Shown in pieces: positions 11,202 to 23,174 of a stretch of 64,000 nt of DNA. Where the stretch lies: assembly GCA_964188305.1 (NCBI GenBank), contig OZ076889.1; one strand, 5' to 3'. The DNA is from Podarcis bocagei (taxonomy: Eukaryota). The notes beneath the pieces were generated by a model. That model was not told the origin of the DNA and did no database searches. It saw nothing but the letters and a program-made list of their open reading frames with translations. Position 1 is the first letter of the stretch. The number at the start of each line of letters is the position of its first letter. Made by a program: the position numbers and the translations under genes.

Positions 11202-12936
11202 GGACTTCCGGGTTGGCGCCATCACCGAATGGCGGACTCCCTCCGAGCTCCGGAGGGAGTCTGCTCGGCAGGGGCTGGGTCCTACCGCACCGGCGATGCG
11301 GGGACCCTTAAAAACCACGGGCACGGAGACCGTGGACATGGGGACTCGGCTGGTACCGTTAGCGCCCTCCCGACTCGTGAAAGAGCCTTTTTAAAGGCTA
11401 CAGATCGGGTGCCGGGGAGCGGCGTGGTGCTGAGAGTCCATCGCTTCCCCTGCCGAGCGCAGCCGCATGCCATTCGTCGGAGAGCGCTGGCTTCTTCTAT
11501 TGGAAATTCGGACATTTAACAACAACCCGTGAGTAATTGGGTAATCGGGCATAAAAGGAGAAAAAAAGAATTTTTTTTTCGAATTCGGCACGAGCGGGGG
11601 GGATCTAAAAAGGAAGTCAGTCCCCTTCCTGATTGTAAACATGCTAAAACAAGGACTGGGAAACCAAGATCGATTCAGAAGTTTATCGCTGACAAAGATG
11701 ATCAACTCCACGATGGGATTTTATAAGAATAAGAATTGTGCTGGAGGAGAAAAAGTCGAAGAGGGAAAAGGCAACCCCCCCTGGGAACCGGGGCGATTTG
11801 GAGAACCTGGTGGAGAGAGACGGAGAATTTGACAGCTGTCAAAGTAGCTGTCAAATCTTGAGTATATAAAGAGGACTCTGTTACAAGTATTTTGCTGGTT
11901 AATTCTGTTACAATTGGACATAAATATGGATACAAAATGTCGGAGGGAAAAAGAAACAACAATTTGACTTCTGGATTAGAGGACACAAAGTTACTGCAAC
12001 CCCCCTAGAGGGGCTTTGGGACATTACAACTGGCGTATGTGGAAAACTACTCCGGGACGTGTACAGGTCTTATCTCCTGGGAAAGCAGCTAAACTGAAAT
12101 ATTGTTTCGTCTACAGAGGTGACAACACAATAGAATTTTTCTATTGAAGCAAGGTAGGAACTGGACGCAAGTTTTTGTTCCTGAATAACAAACCTCTGTG
12201 GAGATACTAGATTTCGGAATAAGAATGGTTTTGCAGCTGAACAAGACAGAAACCTGAGAAAGCAAGAAACAAAAGAGCAAAGGACCAATTACGTCACAGA
12301 AAGAACAATGGGAGGAGTAATAAGGACTAAGGAAAATTAAAGGCCTCTATAAGTCTGGAGTTCTGAAGTTAAACATCATTAAAACAAGCAAATTTAAAGA
12401 AAACCGGCAAGATGGATTGAGAAAATTCTGGCTGTGGACTTGAGACCTCCAGGCCGACAACACATAGACTGATGGACATGGGGAATCCAAACCGGGGAAG
12501 GGAGGGGGAATTCTAGAATCCAAAGGCTATGTAACCAAATTTTTGAATTTTCTGCTATCTTTTATCTTTTATCTTTCTATCTTGATTTAATATGTTTTGG
12601 GGGGGAAAGGGGGGAACTCGTGGGAGGAAACGGGGTAGATCTTGGAGGAAAAATCTTTCTTTTTCTATTTTGTTAAAGATGAGGAGTGATGTTAAGATTG
12701 TAATTTAAATTGGCTAATAGGTACAACATATTAGGTTTAAATTGGGATTGAGAGCTTGTGGAACTAAATTAGGGAAAGGGGAATACAGTCGGGAGGGGAA
12801 GGAGGGAGTCCCAGAAAGAAGGTTAAGAAAATAAGGGTTTAAAGTTGGTCTCTTTGTTTCTTTCTTTTCTTTATCTTCTCTATCTTTTCTATTCTGTTAT
12901 TATTGGAAATTTTAATAAATATGATTAAAAAAAAAA
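11202..12936 (+). mobile_element. Full-length ~1.73 kb non-autonomous L1-dependent (HAL1-like) retroelement
   Basis: 20-bp TSD taagtccctttacatcttgg (11184-11203 / 12937-12956; GG shared with the element start), CpG-rich 5' end GACTTCCGG..ATGGCGG, AATAAA plus poly(A), no long ORF. Confidence 0.85.
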
Positions 12937-13387
12937 TAAGTCCCTTTACATCTTGGTTTACCTGAGCAATCTGCTGATACCAGGATCTGTTGGATCCTTG
13001 CCTAGCTTGTCTCCATGAGGCTGATATGCCTCCCACATCAAGAATGTTGTTAAGCAATAATTTTAGATGTGGGACTAAGATGTCAGAATGGACTTTAGAA
13101 AAGTCCCCTGTGAATCTGTCCATCTCTAGAGCATTCCCCTTGTTCAGTCTGTCATTTACGGACCACATTTCCTTACCAATTATGAATTGGTTCAGAAACA
13201 CCCTGTTGTTTTCAGATAAAGCTAGAATGGAAAGGTCCTGCAAGTATTTGTTTATAGTAGTCAGATATCGATATTTATAACTTCTCATAAAAAAGTGACT
13301 AAACTGTTAATTGTTTTAGTGCCACATTTCATCTATCCTCCCTTAATTTTAATTCCTAACAACTGTTCCTCTCTGCTTTTTTTCTTA

Positions 13388-13670
13388 TTTTTTTTACAAG
13401 TATTTTATTAAGTTTTCACTATAGAAAAACATTCAAGAAAATATACCAAGACAAAGAAAGTACAAAATCACAAAAAAGCAATAATACAAAAATACAAACA
13501 TTAAACACATCAAAAGAAAAAGAAAAAGAAGTTAAAAACACATATATTAACAAAAAACAAAAAATTCCCTCTTTCTTAGTTTCTAATCTTCCATTAACTT
13601 ATTTTCCCGACTTCCTCACGTCTCCCGTTATTGTATCCCTTTTGAGAATTAGTTCAGCAAATTCATATCC
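13388..13670 (-). mobile_element. Short 3'-end copy of an L1-type element
   Basis: 17-bp TSD ctctgctttttttctta (13371-13387 / 13671-13687), AATAAA plus A-tail on minus strand, gaggaagtc 3'UTR motif. Confidence 0.8.
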
Positions 13671-14790
13671 CTCTGCTTTTTTTCTTAAATGCCTCAATTA
13701 AATTTCAAACTTTTGTTGTTAAATTCATAGTAATATCTATTTACAGACCATCATTACATTTTTATTTCCCATCTCTAATATCTTCCGTTCATTACATCTG
13801 CTATTCTTTAAACAAATGAATTTTCTTGAGAATCTTTTTCTCTCTCTCTTTGTGTTCCTTTATGCATGGTACTCAATTCATAAATGCACTGACCACCCCA
13901 CCCCCCGAGTACTGTCTTCATGGAGTCTTACAAACAGCCCTCCATAATAATACTGGCACAATATTGTTATGTATTGGTATGCGTTTTTGCATTTTTATAG
14001 TGAAAGGTGCCCTGTGATCTCCAGATGATGGATGATATAGAAATTAATCAATTGATTGAACTCACACTTCTGGCCTGCCATTATGTTTGAGTAATGCTTT
14101 GACCCCCTCAACTGAGTCCATCCACCCTCTCTTACTTGTTTTTATACTGTCAAACACAGTCACCAGGTGCAATTACGCTGGTGACTGTCACTAAATATTA
14201 TGTCACCAGTTACTGGAGCGTCCTCAGATATCCCCGATGTCTAAATCCCTGGCTATTTCCACCAACTGTTTAGGAATCAAGGTCTTGCCTAGATTTCTCA
14301 GCACAAAAAAATGTAATGTCCTCTAGCATCTGCAAGAGTCTGTAAAACAATAAACTGACATTTGCACAGCAAATTGGCTGAACCTCTCTAGGAGTCAGTT
14401 CCCCATGCTGCTCTCTAAGCATGGATTCCTAAGACATTCTTACACCCTCAAAATGCTACTTTAAAATAGATTGGCAAATCTCAATTTCTCCCCCAGTTCT
14501 GCAGTCCTATCGATAGAGATCCAGCCTCAATCATACGGATTCAGAGGTACAAATAGCTATCAGGACCTTGAGGTCATCCCTGGGACAAATGAAGCCCTGC
14601 CCCACAGTTCCCAAGCTTCTTCACCTGCAGCAATAAATTTCCAGGTTCTGTCAAACCTCAAATACTGGATTCGGAAGAGTGCAGACAAAGAAGGCAAGGA
14701 TACAACAATATGATTCTGTGTTTTAATTTTTAGTTCTCTCCCTCCCCCCACCCCACAAAGAAATTGAACAAAATGAATAGTCATTTTTTT

Positions 14791-14792
<2 letters not shown>

Positions 14793-14827
<35 letters not shown>
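14793..14827 (+). repeat. (AAC)n microsatellite about 28 nt downstream of an exon donor
   Basis: About 11 units. Confidence 0.95.
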
Positions 14828-14854
14828 AGAACAGACAAGCTTTTCTAAACTCAC

Positions 14855-14946
14855 CGACACAGTGGAATCCCTTTTCTTTTTTGCAGGTTCGGGAGCAACC
14901 ATCTCCTTCTATTAGATCCCCATCATCACATTCCTCTGCAAGACTT
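14855..14946 (-). CDS. PAPPA2: Pappalysin-2 coding exon
   Basis: ttttcttag|AAGT ... GTCG|gtgagt; 92 nt; [31 protein letters not shown]. Confidence 0.95.
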
Positions 14947-15601
14947 CTAAGAAAATAGTAATACTTTGCACTTATAAAGCATTTTAACATGGGCCAAGAG
15001 CTTCATATACTTTAATGTTTTCTAATCCTTTACAACAGCTTCTCCATTATGAGTCCCCACATGTTGTGCAGCCACTGATGAAATCAGCTTGCATTATATT
15101 TTTTGCTGCCACAAGAAGGAATGTAAAAAAATAAAATAACGGTGCAACTTTTTTACTTCTGCTTATTTGTTTTACAGTTAGGATCTTTTTGTTTTTAAAA
15201 ATTTGTTAAAACTCGTTTTTTCTCTTATTTTTATCTAGGCATTAATTTTGTTAGGCCTTTCTGGTTGCTCTTTCTTTATTCCAAAATGGGTGTCTATTTT
15301 TCACTCCACAGCTCATCTTTCTTGTTAATATATAGGACCATGTTCTTTCTCATCTGCTCTCTTTGAACTGGCTAGCATTCCCTTATCACGTTCAATTTAA
15401 AATTCTACTGCATACTTTTATATGCTTGCACTTCATTATTCCTGTTTATCTCTCTCCTTTCCATTTGTGCTCCTTCCAGAGCTTTACATTCTCCTGACCC
15501 CTATCTCTTGGTGTCTCGCTCGCTCCAAGGTAATATGAAACTAGGTCTTTTGGTGGGACGAAAACACTCACAATAGAAAAATGGGATATAAATGGTAGTG
15601 A

Positions 15602-15634
<33 letters not shown>
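15602..15634 (+). repeat. (ATTG)n microsatellite
   Basis: About 8 units. Confidence 0.9.
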
Positions 15635-15635
<1 letters not shown>

Positions 15636-16349
15636 AGGGGTCAGCCCACAAACCTGAAAGCTGCAGGACAAGTACATAAATGAACAAAACTATTATTAAT
15701 TTGAAATATTAAAGGGGAAGGAAAGTGAGCTCCATCCCCACAAGGGGACCCCTGAGATAAGACTATTCTTGAGGGGTTTGGGATTTTAGGTTTCACACAC
15801 CCTCCCATTCCCCGCCCCAGGAAGGTCCTTCAGAGCAGCCCCACAAAGAAGTTATTCTCCACTGATGCAGACAATTTCATAGACTCCACTTCCACAGAAA
15901 CGATTTAGGTTCAATCTAATCTAATTTCTCTGGCTATGCAAACTCTTCCACAGGCTATCTAGGCATATAAGAATGAGGATGAAAGTAATAAGTGACAGGT
16001 GGCAGCGGCATCCCTAAAAGCAACTGATGGCATCTTCATTTGGAGATGCATTCAGGTGTGCATCGGAACGCTCATCCACCTCCTGTCTGCAATTCCTAAA
16101 AGCAAGGCTATCCAAGACAAAACCATGAGTTGCTGTGGGTGTCTAGGAAAACGGAATATGAAAGCAGAAAGCTTTGTGGAATTAAGAGAAGAGGTTCAGC
16201 GTATCACTTAACAGTACAGATCCCCCCCACCCCCCTATACTCACATGAATGAATGGAAAGCAGGAACACTTTGATAGATGAGGCCGCAGTTAAAATGGGG
16301 TGAGTAAAAGAAAGAAACCTCAACATTTTCAGATCTCAGGGCTCCTCAC

Positions 16350-16478
16350 CTGCTTACTTTACCATCCCCGCAATAGGGAGAGCCATGGATGTGGAACAGA
16401 GGAGGGGAGGCTTCACCTACAGCAGCTCCAGCCACAGCCTGCACTTGGTAGCGATACAGCTGGCCTGCCATGACTTCC
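16350..16478 (-). CDS. PAPPA2: Pappalysin-2 coding exon
   Basis: cttctgcag|GGAA ... AGCAG|gtgagg; 129 nt; [43 protein letters not shown] (hand-translated). Confidence 0.94.
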
Positions 16479-16687
16479 CTGCAGAAGCAAACAGAAGTCA
16501 AAACTTAAGACAGAATACTTTCCTGCCTCTTCCTAAGCTGAATTTCCCATGTATGCTAAGGATGGGCAGCTAACGTCCAAAAGGCTCAAAAGCCCCCCCC
16601 CCCCCCATTTCCAGCTGATCTCCAAACGCAGCACCAGATTCCAGGGACTTCCCTCTTATTATCCGACAGGGGCTCTTTAATTTAAAG

Positions 16688-16981
16688 CAGTGGTTCCCAA
16701 AGGCTGTAGCACACCAAACCGGTGTGGCAGGAGAGGGCGGCAAGGGTGGGGGGAAAGTTCAAGAACAATTAAAGAAACATTTAAACATTTCAGTGTAACG
16801 TGGTATAGTATTTTGTATTTTTTTGCAGAATACTGATAAATATATTTTCAAAATCAAGCACTGCTATGAGTTGTTGTTTTTAGTTTGCCAATGTATTTCT
16901 TTACAATGTAAAGTTTGGTGTGGTGCCAGCAAATTGTTCCTCTCAAAGTGTGGCCCAGAGAAGAAAGCTTGAGAACCACTT
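16688..16981. mobile_element. Old hAT (Charlie-like) MITE
   Basis: TIR CAGTGGTTCCCAA / TTGAGAACCACT; TSD not preserved. Confidence 0.6.
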
Positions 16982-17114
16982 CTTAACAGGGTGAACACTA
17001 GCATACGGCTATTTTCGAAACACCACTTGCTTGTCAATCATCCCATTGCTTTTGTATTCACTGGCTAAGACACCAAAACCAGTAAGTGGCTTCAGCTTAG
17101 CAACTGGGCAGAAT

Positions 17115-17357
17115 AGAAGAGTTTGGATTTGATATCCCACCTTTCACTCCCTTTAAGGAGTCTCAAAGCAGCTAACATTCTCCTTTCCCTTCCTCCCCCA
17201 CAACAAACACTCTGTGAGGTGAGTGGGGCTGAGAGACTTCAGAGAAGTGTGACTGGCCCAAGGTCACCCAGCAGCTGCATGTGGAGGAGTGGGGAATTGA
17301 ACCCGGTTCACCAGATTATGAGTCCACCGCTCTTAACCACTACACCACACTGGCTCT
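17115..17357 (-). mobile_element. Squam3-type tRNA-derived SINE
   Basis: Head GAGAGCCAGTGTGGTGTAGTGG, (CTT) tail; matches 39906 and 55843. Confidence 0.88.
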
Positions 17358-17494
17358 CCCGTACTTCCCATATGTTTCCCCTCATAGCTGAAAAAGCTAG
17401 TCTAATTTAAGCTTTTCAAAGGGAAAGGGGCCTGGGGTGTCCCTGGGAACCAGCAGCTAAGAGAACGTTCCTGAACACTAACACCTTCACTCAC

Positions 17495-17987
17495 ATGTCA
17501 GTAAACTTTCGTCCTGGCTGCGTCACCATCGCTGGGGATCCATCCAGAAACGGGGGGTCCCGGAGAACCCTGTACCTTACAGGTTTGCAGTTGGAGCAGA
17601 GCGGGCTCTGTGGCATGGATATCAGAAGTGCAGCATCTATCTCCATCTGCTCATCAAACGTGTAGATCTTTACGCCAGACACCTTCTTGTTAAGGTTGAG
17701 TTTAACCGTGAGGGGGATGTCACAAAAAGTGTCCATGGGCCCCAGGTGTACAGAGTCCCCGTGCTCTGTCAGGATCTCAATGTCTGACAGAGCCTTGGGC
17801 GAGTCCGTAGAAAAGTAGGTTGTCCATACCATTAGAGACTCCGGGTAAACAGGATGCAGAAAATGCAGTTCCAAGATGCAGCCGAGAGGCTGAGGGCAAG
17901 GGGTGGTCATGCTCACGTTGAAGAGATTGAACTCAGGGCTCCAAGCCTGCAAGCTGGGCTCACAGGGCTGGTCCACATCTGGAGGCC
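17495..17987 (-). CDS. PAPPA2: Pappalysin-2 coding exon
   Basis: ttctttaag|GGCCT ... GACAT|gtgagt; 493 nt; [18 protein letters not shown]...FCDIPLT...[17 protein letters not shown]...RKFTD. Confidence 0.97.
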
Positions 17988-18350
17988 CTTAAAGAAAAAC
18001 AGAACAGGGGAGAATTGGGTGAGCTGGGCAGCTCACAACCTTAGGGGTAGGACTGCATACAAGGACCAGGGCTGGACCAAAATGAGGAGGCAAAACCCAA
18101 ATATCTGTGCCAGCATTAGAGCGTGTGAGCATCTGTCCATGATTACAGAAGCAGATACAAACATTAATAGGCTTCTGCCTATATGAAGAGGCGAGATTTA
18201 TGTTTGTGTGTATTTAGGGCTGCAAAACTATCCTAAATGAATGTCTGAAACACGGAGGATAAACCTTTTTTTTTAAAGAAAAGGAAAATGAAACAGACAA
18301 GGTTATCTGTAGCTCCCATCTGTTACAGGAAGAAGGGCTGGGAACTTTAC

Positions 18351-18472
18351 CTACTGCTTCTTCTGGAGTCCAGTAGCCAGAGGAATCACAGATCCGAGGT
18401 GAGGAGGCCTCATGTACGTATTGGCTGAATGTCCCATCTTCAGCGCAGTCTCCACAGAGGTTCCCTGTCTCT
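18351..18472 (-). CDS. PAPPA2: Pappalysin-2 coding exon
   Basis: tcttttag|AGAG ... GTAG|gtaaag; 122 nt; [41 protein letters not shown]. Confidence 0.95.
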
Positions 18473-19202
18473 CTAAAAGACAGAGAGAGAGAGAGAGAAG
18501 GGGAAGGAGGGGTGGGAGGAGGAGAGAAAAACATACTCTGTTCAATCTCTTCTAAGTCAGACTTCGAGTGACAAGCTACGCAGTTTCAATGGCAACACTC
18601 ATGATTTCCCAAGGCCTTATACAAGACGTGCACAAACTGTGGTCCACTGCTGCAAACTAAGAAACACGTTACAGTGGAAGAGAGTTGGTGGTTCCTCCAC
18701 ACTGTTTGCTAGTTCGTTCTTGAGTTTATTGTTCTAGCCAAAGGCCATGACAAACTTGTATTAGTGCACTCCAATGGTTATTGCAAACCACCCTGTGATC
18801 CTTGGATGGAAGTGTGGTATAGAAATTTAATAAATAAAAATAAATTCAGTGGCCCCAACTTTCACTGGAAGAATAAGATGTGAACCTGTTCAGGATCTGG
18901 AACTGCAGGTGCTTATGGGGCAGAAGATGAGGGCCTTTTCACCTCCCTCTTGCCTTGCACCCTAAAGGTCCTGGATCCAGTAAAAACATCACACACTCCA
19001 ATAGAGTGGGTGAGGGGAGGTCTGTGCAGTTGCCATTTTGTTGTACTTACAGCAGAAGACCTCTGCTTTACATCCTGAAAGTCCTTCCACCTAGCAGTAA
19101 AAACATTTCCTTTTCAGGGTGGAAGGTATAACAGACCATTCCTATTGACAGACGAGACACGCGTATTTGTATGAGCGCAGGCATTTTGGTGAGCTGCCGT
19201 AC

Positions 19203-19799
19203 TGTGGGATGTGAAACACAGAGCAGTCAAGTACAACATCCCTAGAGTGGACATAAAAAGGGGATGTCTGGACCAGCCGGACAGAACTTCCTGTTTCCTC
19301 CTAGGCTTGGACAGACTTCCTCTGCATGTGACCAGAGGTGGGCGTGACCTCACCTGTGCAGGTAACAAAAGCACAGGGAAGGCAGCCCTCTCTCTCTCTG
19401 ACTCCATTTTCATCAAAGAAGTATCAGCCTAAGAAGCTCTCTTGGCTCCCAGTCAAGAGAGGACAAAGGAACTATCTCCTTATGAGATAGTTTCCAGATA
19501 TATTACTTTTGTAACTTAAGTCTGCCTTCTGGGATCCATCTGTGAACAGAATGTGAGTGAGTAAACTCTTTTATACTTTTAGAGAAAACTGTGTTGTGTC
19601 TATTTCTTTTATGAGGGACTAAAGGGGAAATTACCAGGTAACTTATTTTAGAGGCTTTAGCGAGCCTGAACAAACGCATCCGCTGTGCAAGTTTCAAACG
19701 GGGGATGTTACTCTGCTAAATTGTAGAACTTGTTAACACAAGTTGGAAAGGATATAATTAAACAATATATCCTCTCCTGCCTCCCTGAACATTCCCACA
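19203..19799 (+). mobile_element. Solo LTR family B (597 bp)
   Basis: Terminal inverted repeat TGTGGGA...TCCCACA, 5-bp TSD CGTAC (19198-19202 / 19800-19804), AGTAAA polyA-like signal near 19560. Confidence 0.85.
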
Positions 19800-19982
19800 C
19801 GTACATGGGTTTGTGAGGCCAGATTCCACAAGGGCAGACACGTCCCTACCCCATCCCCACACCCAGTGTGGAATGGCGCATAATGTTGCTTGTGGCCTGG
19901 CTGCAGCACCACTGATATTAAGAACCTGCTCAGTGCCATGTAATGCACTGTGATGTTTTCAAGGACAGAAATATTTTTATTT

Positions 19983-20060
19983 ACAATGGACGCTCGGGTT
20001 GCAAACGTGATCCATGTGGGATGCACATTCGCAACCCACAGCGTTCGCAGCCCACGTCTG
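19983..20060 (+). mobile_element. Tigger/pogo-like MITE end fragment
   Basis: TA-CAATGGACGCTCGGGTTGC terminus with internal cgcaaccc inverted motif. Confidence 0.45.
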
Positions 20061-20514
20061 TGCACCCCCTGAACAGTGCACAGGGGACCGAGAGAGAGAA
20101 ATTGATCCATCTGGAAAGCTGAAATGTTTGCATTGATGGAACGTTTGCCATAACTATTCCTCTGAAAATGTATATAAGCTGATATTTCAATGATGGATAT
20201 GGATGTTTTAATTTTTTAATAAGACTGTTTTATTGTGTATTTTAATTATGGAGGTTTATACTTTAATGTTTGTGGAACTCATTTTAATACGCAGTAAGAA
20301 TTCTATTTTGGCAGTAAGTGGATTACAAATTAAGAATGAATAATGAAATAACGAATGCATTATACACACACCTCTAAAATTATCCTAAGATGATATCCCA
20401 GTGATAGGAGCATGTGCCATTGCTATTATATTTTTACCTCAGCATTCTGCATGGCGCCTTCAATGGAGGTTCAGTGACTGCCATGCCTTGTGCTTTGCCT
20501 GAGAAGTAGCAGCT

Positions 20515-21000
20515 TTCCCTTATGGTCCACAAATAATAATATCTTGGAGGTCCCGGGCCTCAAGGCGGTTGAACTGGCCTCAACCAGGGCCAAGGCCTTT
20601 TCGGCTTTGGCCCCAGCCTGGTGGAACACTCTATCTCAGGAGACCAGGGCCCTGCGGGACTTGACATCCTTCCTCAAGGGCTGCAAGATGGAGCTGTTCC
20701 GCCTAGCCTTTGGTCCAGGCCCAGTTTGACACACACACCCCCCCCCCCATGGGACCCTGTAAGTTATCTCTTTGGCCCTTTTATCGGCTCATGTGGGACC
20801 AACATGGATAGCTGGCCCTGATGAATGCTTGAGGTTCCCGACCCCTATGGTTGCAGTTCATGGGCAGTCATTTAATTTTATCCTGATTCTATTTTTTAAG
20901 CTGTATTTTAATCAATTGTTTGAGTGTGTTTAAATGTATTCGATATTTGATGTTAGCCGCCCTGAGCCCGGTCTTGGCCGGGGTATAAATAAAAATTTAC
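20515..21000 (+). mobile_element. L2 LINE 3' fragment
   Basis: RAKAFSALAPAWWNTL...FLKGCKMELF (L2 ORF2 C-terminus); 3' end gttagccgccctgagccc..gggtataaataaa. Confidence 0.75.
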
Positions 21001-21129
21001 TAACTTCCTTACTACCTTGTACTGCAGAATGGAACTGGGAAGACACTACATACAAATTGGGGGGGGGGGTGTTCCTATCTCTCTCAACCAGCCGGACCAG
21101 AATGGTAAATATGGATAGAAAAATAAGGT

Positions 21130-21440
21130 CAGCCCAGGTCATAAAAAAGCTTTAAGACAAGAAATGTGCACAGGAAGGGGTAGGGATCCAGCACAGAGAC
21201 TTGAGGAAACCAGATGCAGCAATGACCACCAACTTGGATGTCTTTGAAAGGGTTTTAGGCAAATTCATGGAGGATGGATAGCAGCCACGACGGCTGTGTG
21301 CTCCCTCCAGTCTTGGAGGTGGTTTTGCCTCTGAAGAGCAGAGGGCTGCCCTGCTTTGTGGGCTTCCCAGAAGCACCTGGTTGGCCCCAGTGAAAGAAGG
21401 ATGCTGGACTAGGTGGGTTAAGCCAGGAGGGCTCCTCTTA
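21130..21440 (+). mobile_element. Old CR1 3' fragment
   Basis: gaccaccaacttggatg..aaattcatggaggat..gatgctggactagg pattern. Confidence 0.5.
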
Positions 21441-21576
21441 TCCTCTTAGACAGACAGGCATCCCATGGTCCCAGAGAGACGGGACTCACGGACGGTTGTG
21501 GTAGTAACATTCTAGATAAATGTCAGAGTGCGTTGAGGGAAAAGCAAAAAAGAGGAGGTTGCTACAGAAGTAAATA

Positions 21577-22060
21577 CCGTATTTTTCACCCTATAGGACG
21601 CACTTTTCCCCCTCCAAAAATGAAGGGGAAATGTGTGTGCGTCCTATAGGGCGAATGCAGGCTTTCGCTGAAGCCTGGAGAGCGAGAGGGGTTGGTGCAC
21701 ACCGACTTCGCGCCTGTCTCCCGAGGGTTGCGCAGAGCTGCCTGCAGTCCTGGGCTTCACGCAGCTCTGCGCAACGCTAGGGAGCCCGGCGGGAAGTCGC
21801 GCCGGTCTCCCGCCGGTCTCCCGAGGGTTGCGCAGAGCTGCCTGCATTTTGAAGCCTGGGGCGCGCAGCTCTCCGCAAGCCTGGGGAGACCGGCGCAACT
21901 TCCCGCTGGGCTCCCTAGGCTTCCGGATAGCAGGCTGTTCTCGGGGCTGGGGTCGGGGGAAGCTCGGGCTTCCCCCACGCCAGCCCCTCGCCTGGGGGGG
22001 AAAAATATTTTTCTTTCTTTATTCCCCCCCCCAAAAAAAAACTAGGGGCGAAAAATACGG
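21577..22060. mobile_element. Tc1/mariner-superfamily MITE (CCGTATTTTTC TIR), GC-rich interior
   Basis: TA TSD, TIR CCGTATTTTTCRCCC; internal repeat of ctcccgagggttgcgcagagctgcctgca. Confidence 0.88.
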
Positions 22061-23174
22061 TAAGTGGATTTTTTTTAAAAAAAATGCTGTTTACTTTTAA
22101 GTGCTTAAAATATGGTGACTCTCCTTCTTCGAATGGGCCTTTCAGTTATCTTAAGTGAGGAATTTTCACCCAGCAAAAAAATTCAAATTCCTACCGATGG
22201 CACTAGTCACTTGCCTCTGGGCACCTAAGGACCTAAATGTTCCATGACTCTCAAGTCAGCTGTCGCAGGGGGGGGGGGAGAGACCTTCAAAGAAGAAAAA
22301 TAAAGCAAGCAAGTGCATGCATATATGTTTAATTTAATCCAGTTGCCCTACAGGAGGAGAAGGACATGCGTTGTGCTGGCCATGAAGTTATAGCAGGGCT
22401 GTGGGGGTGGGGGAGGGAAGGGAAGAGTTCCGAAGTACACAAGCGCACTTATCACTAAGGTTGCCTATATCTTATGCTGGTTACGGCAGAAGGCTCAAGA
22501 TCAGGTTTTCTGTTGTACTAATACGTTTCTTCTCTCCTCCCCCCCCCCCAACTTGACTCAAACATAAAGCCTCAGAGAAGGTTTTGCCAACTGGCAAACA
22601 AGTGAGAAGAATTGCCAGCTCATCTTTATCACCTTCTTTGCATTCTGGAATTCCTACGCTGGAGGCCAAGTTCAGCTTTCCCTGAGGTACACATGCTCAA
22701 ATAAACACTTTCCCATCAAAACAAGTACGTGCGGGTAGTATGGGAAGGAACACCATACGCAGAGAGGGTGGGGCAAGGTCAGAAGGAAGATCTGCAAAAT
22801 GTATCTGCCATGGCAGGCTGTTCCAAGCAAAAGCATTTGCCTACACAGGTATTTTCACATAGGAAAGCCACGTGTATTTCACAACATACATGCAGAGCCA
22901 CAGTCCTATCATGGCACATAGTGAGGAACCTGCCTCACCCTCTGACTACAGATTTTGGGCTTCATTAAGGATCAGAAAAATGATTATTTATTCCACCCAC
23001 AAAGCATTAAACACACACACAAAGTAAACAAAGTGATACTGTTTATATACCCTCACACTGGCACAAAGAGATCAGGTGTTTTGGCTTCCAATTCTAATTA
23101 ACCACCATTTAGCATTCTTTGCCACCTTCACTGCCACTGGGTAGACTTGATGGTGAGCCCTTGCCATTGTTCGG

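Larger units (their letters stand above)
10620..13830 (-). mobile_element. Old degraded L1 ORF2 (RT region) fragment, interrupted by two younger insertions
   Basis: Minus-strand translations MDRFTGDFSKVHSDILVPHLKLLLNNILDVGGISASWRQA (L1 PGPDGFT..SW.EA region) and LCFDA*KAFNSLERPF (DAEKAFD motif) flank the 11.2-12.9 kb insert; outer limits approximate. Confidence 0.6.
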
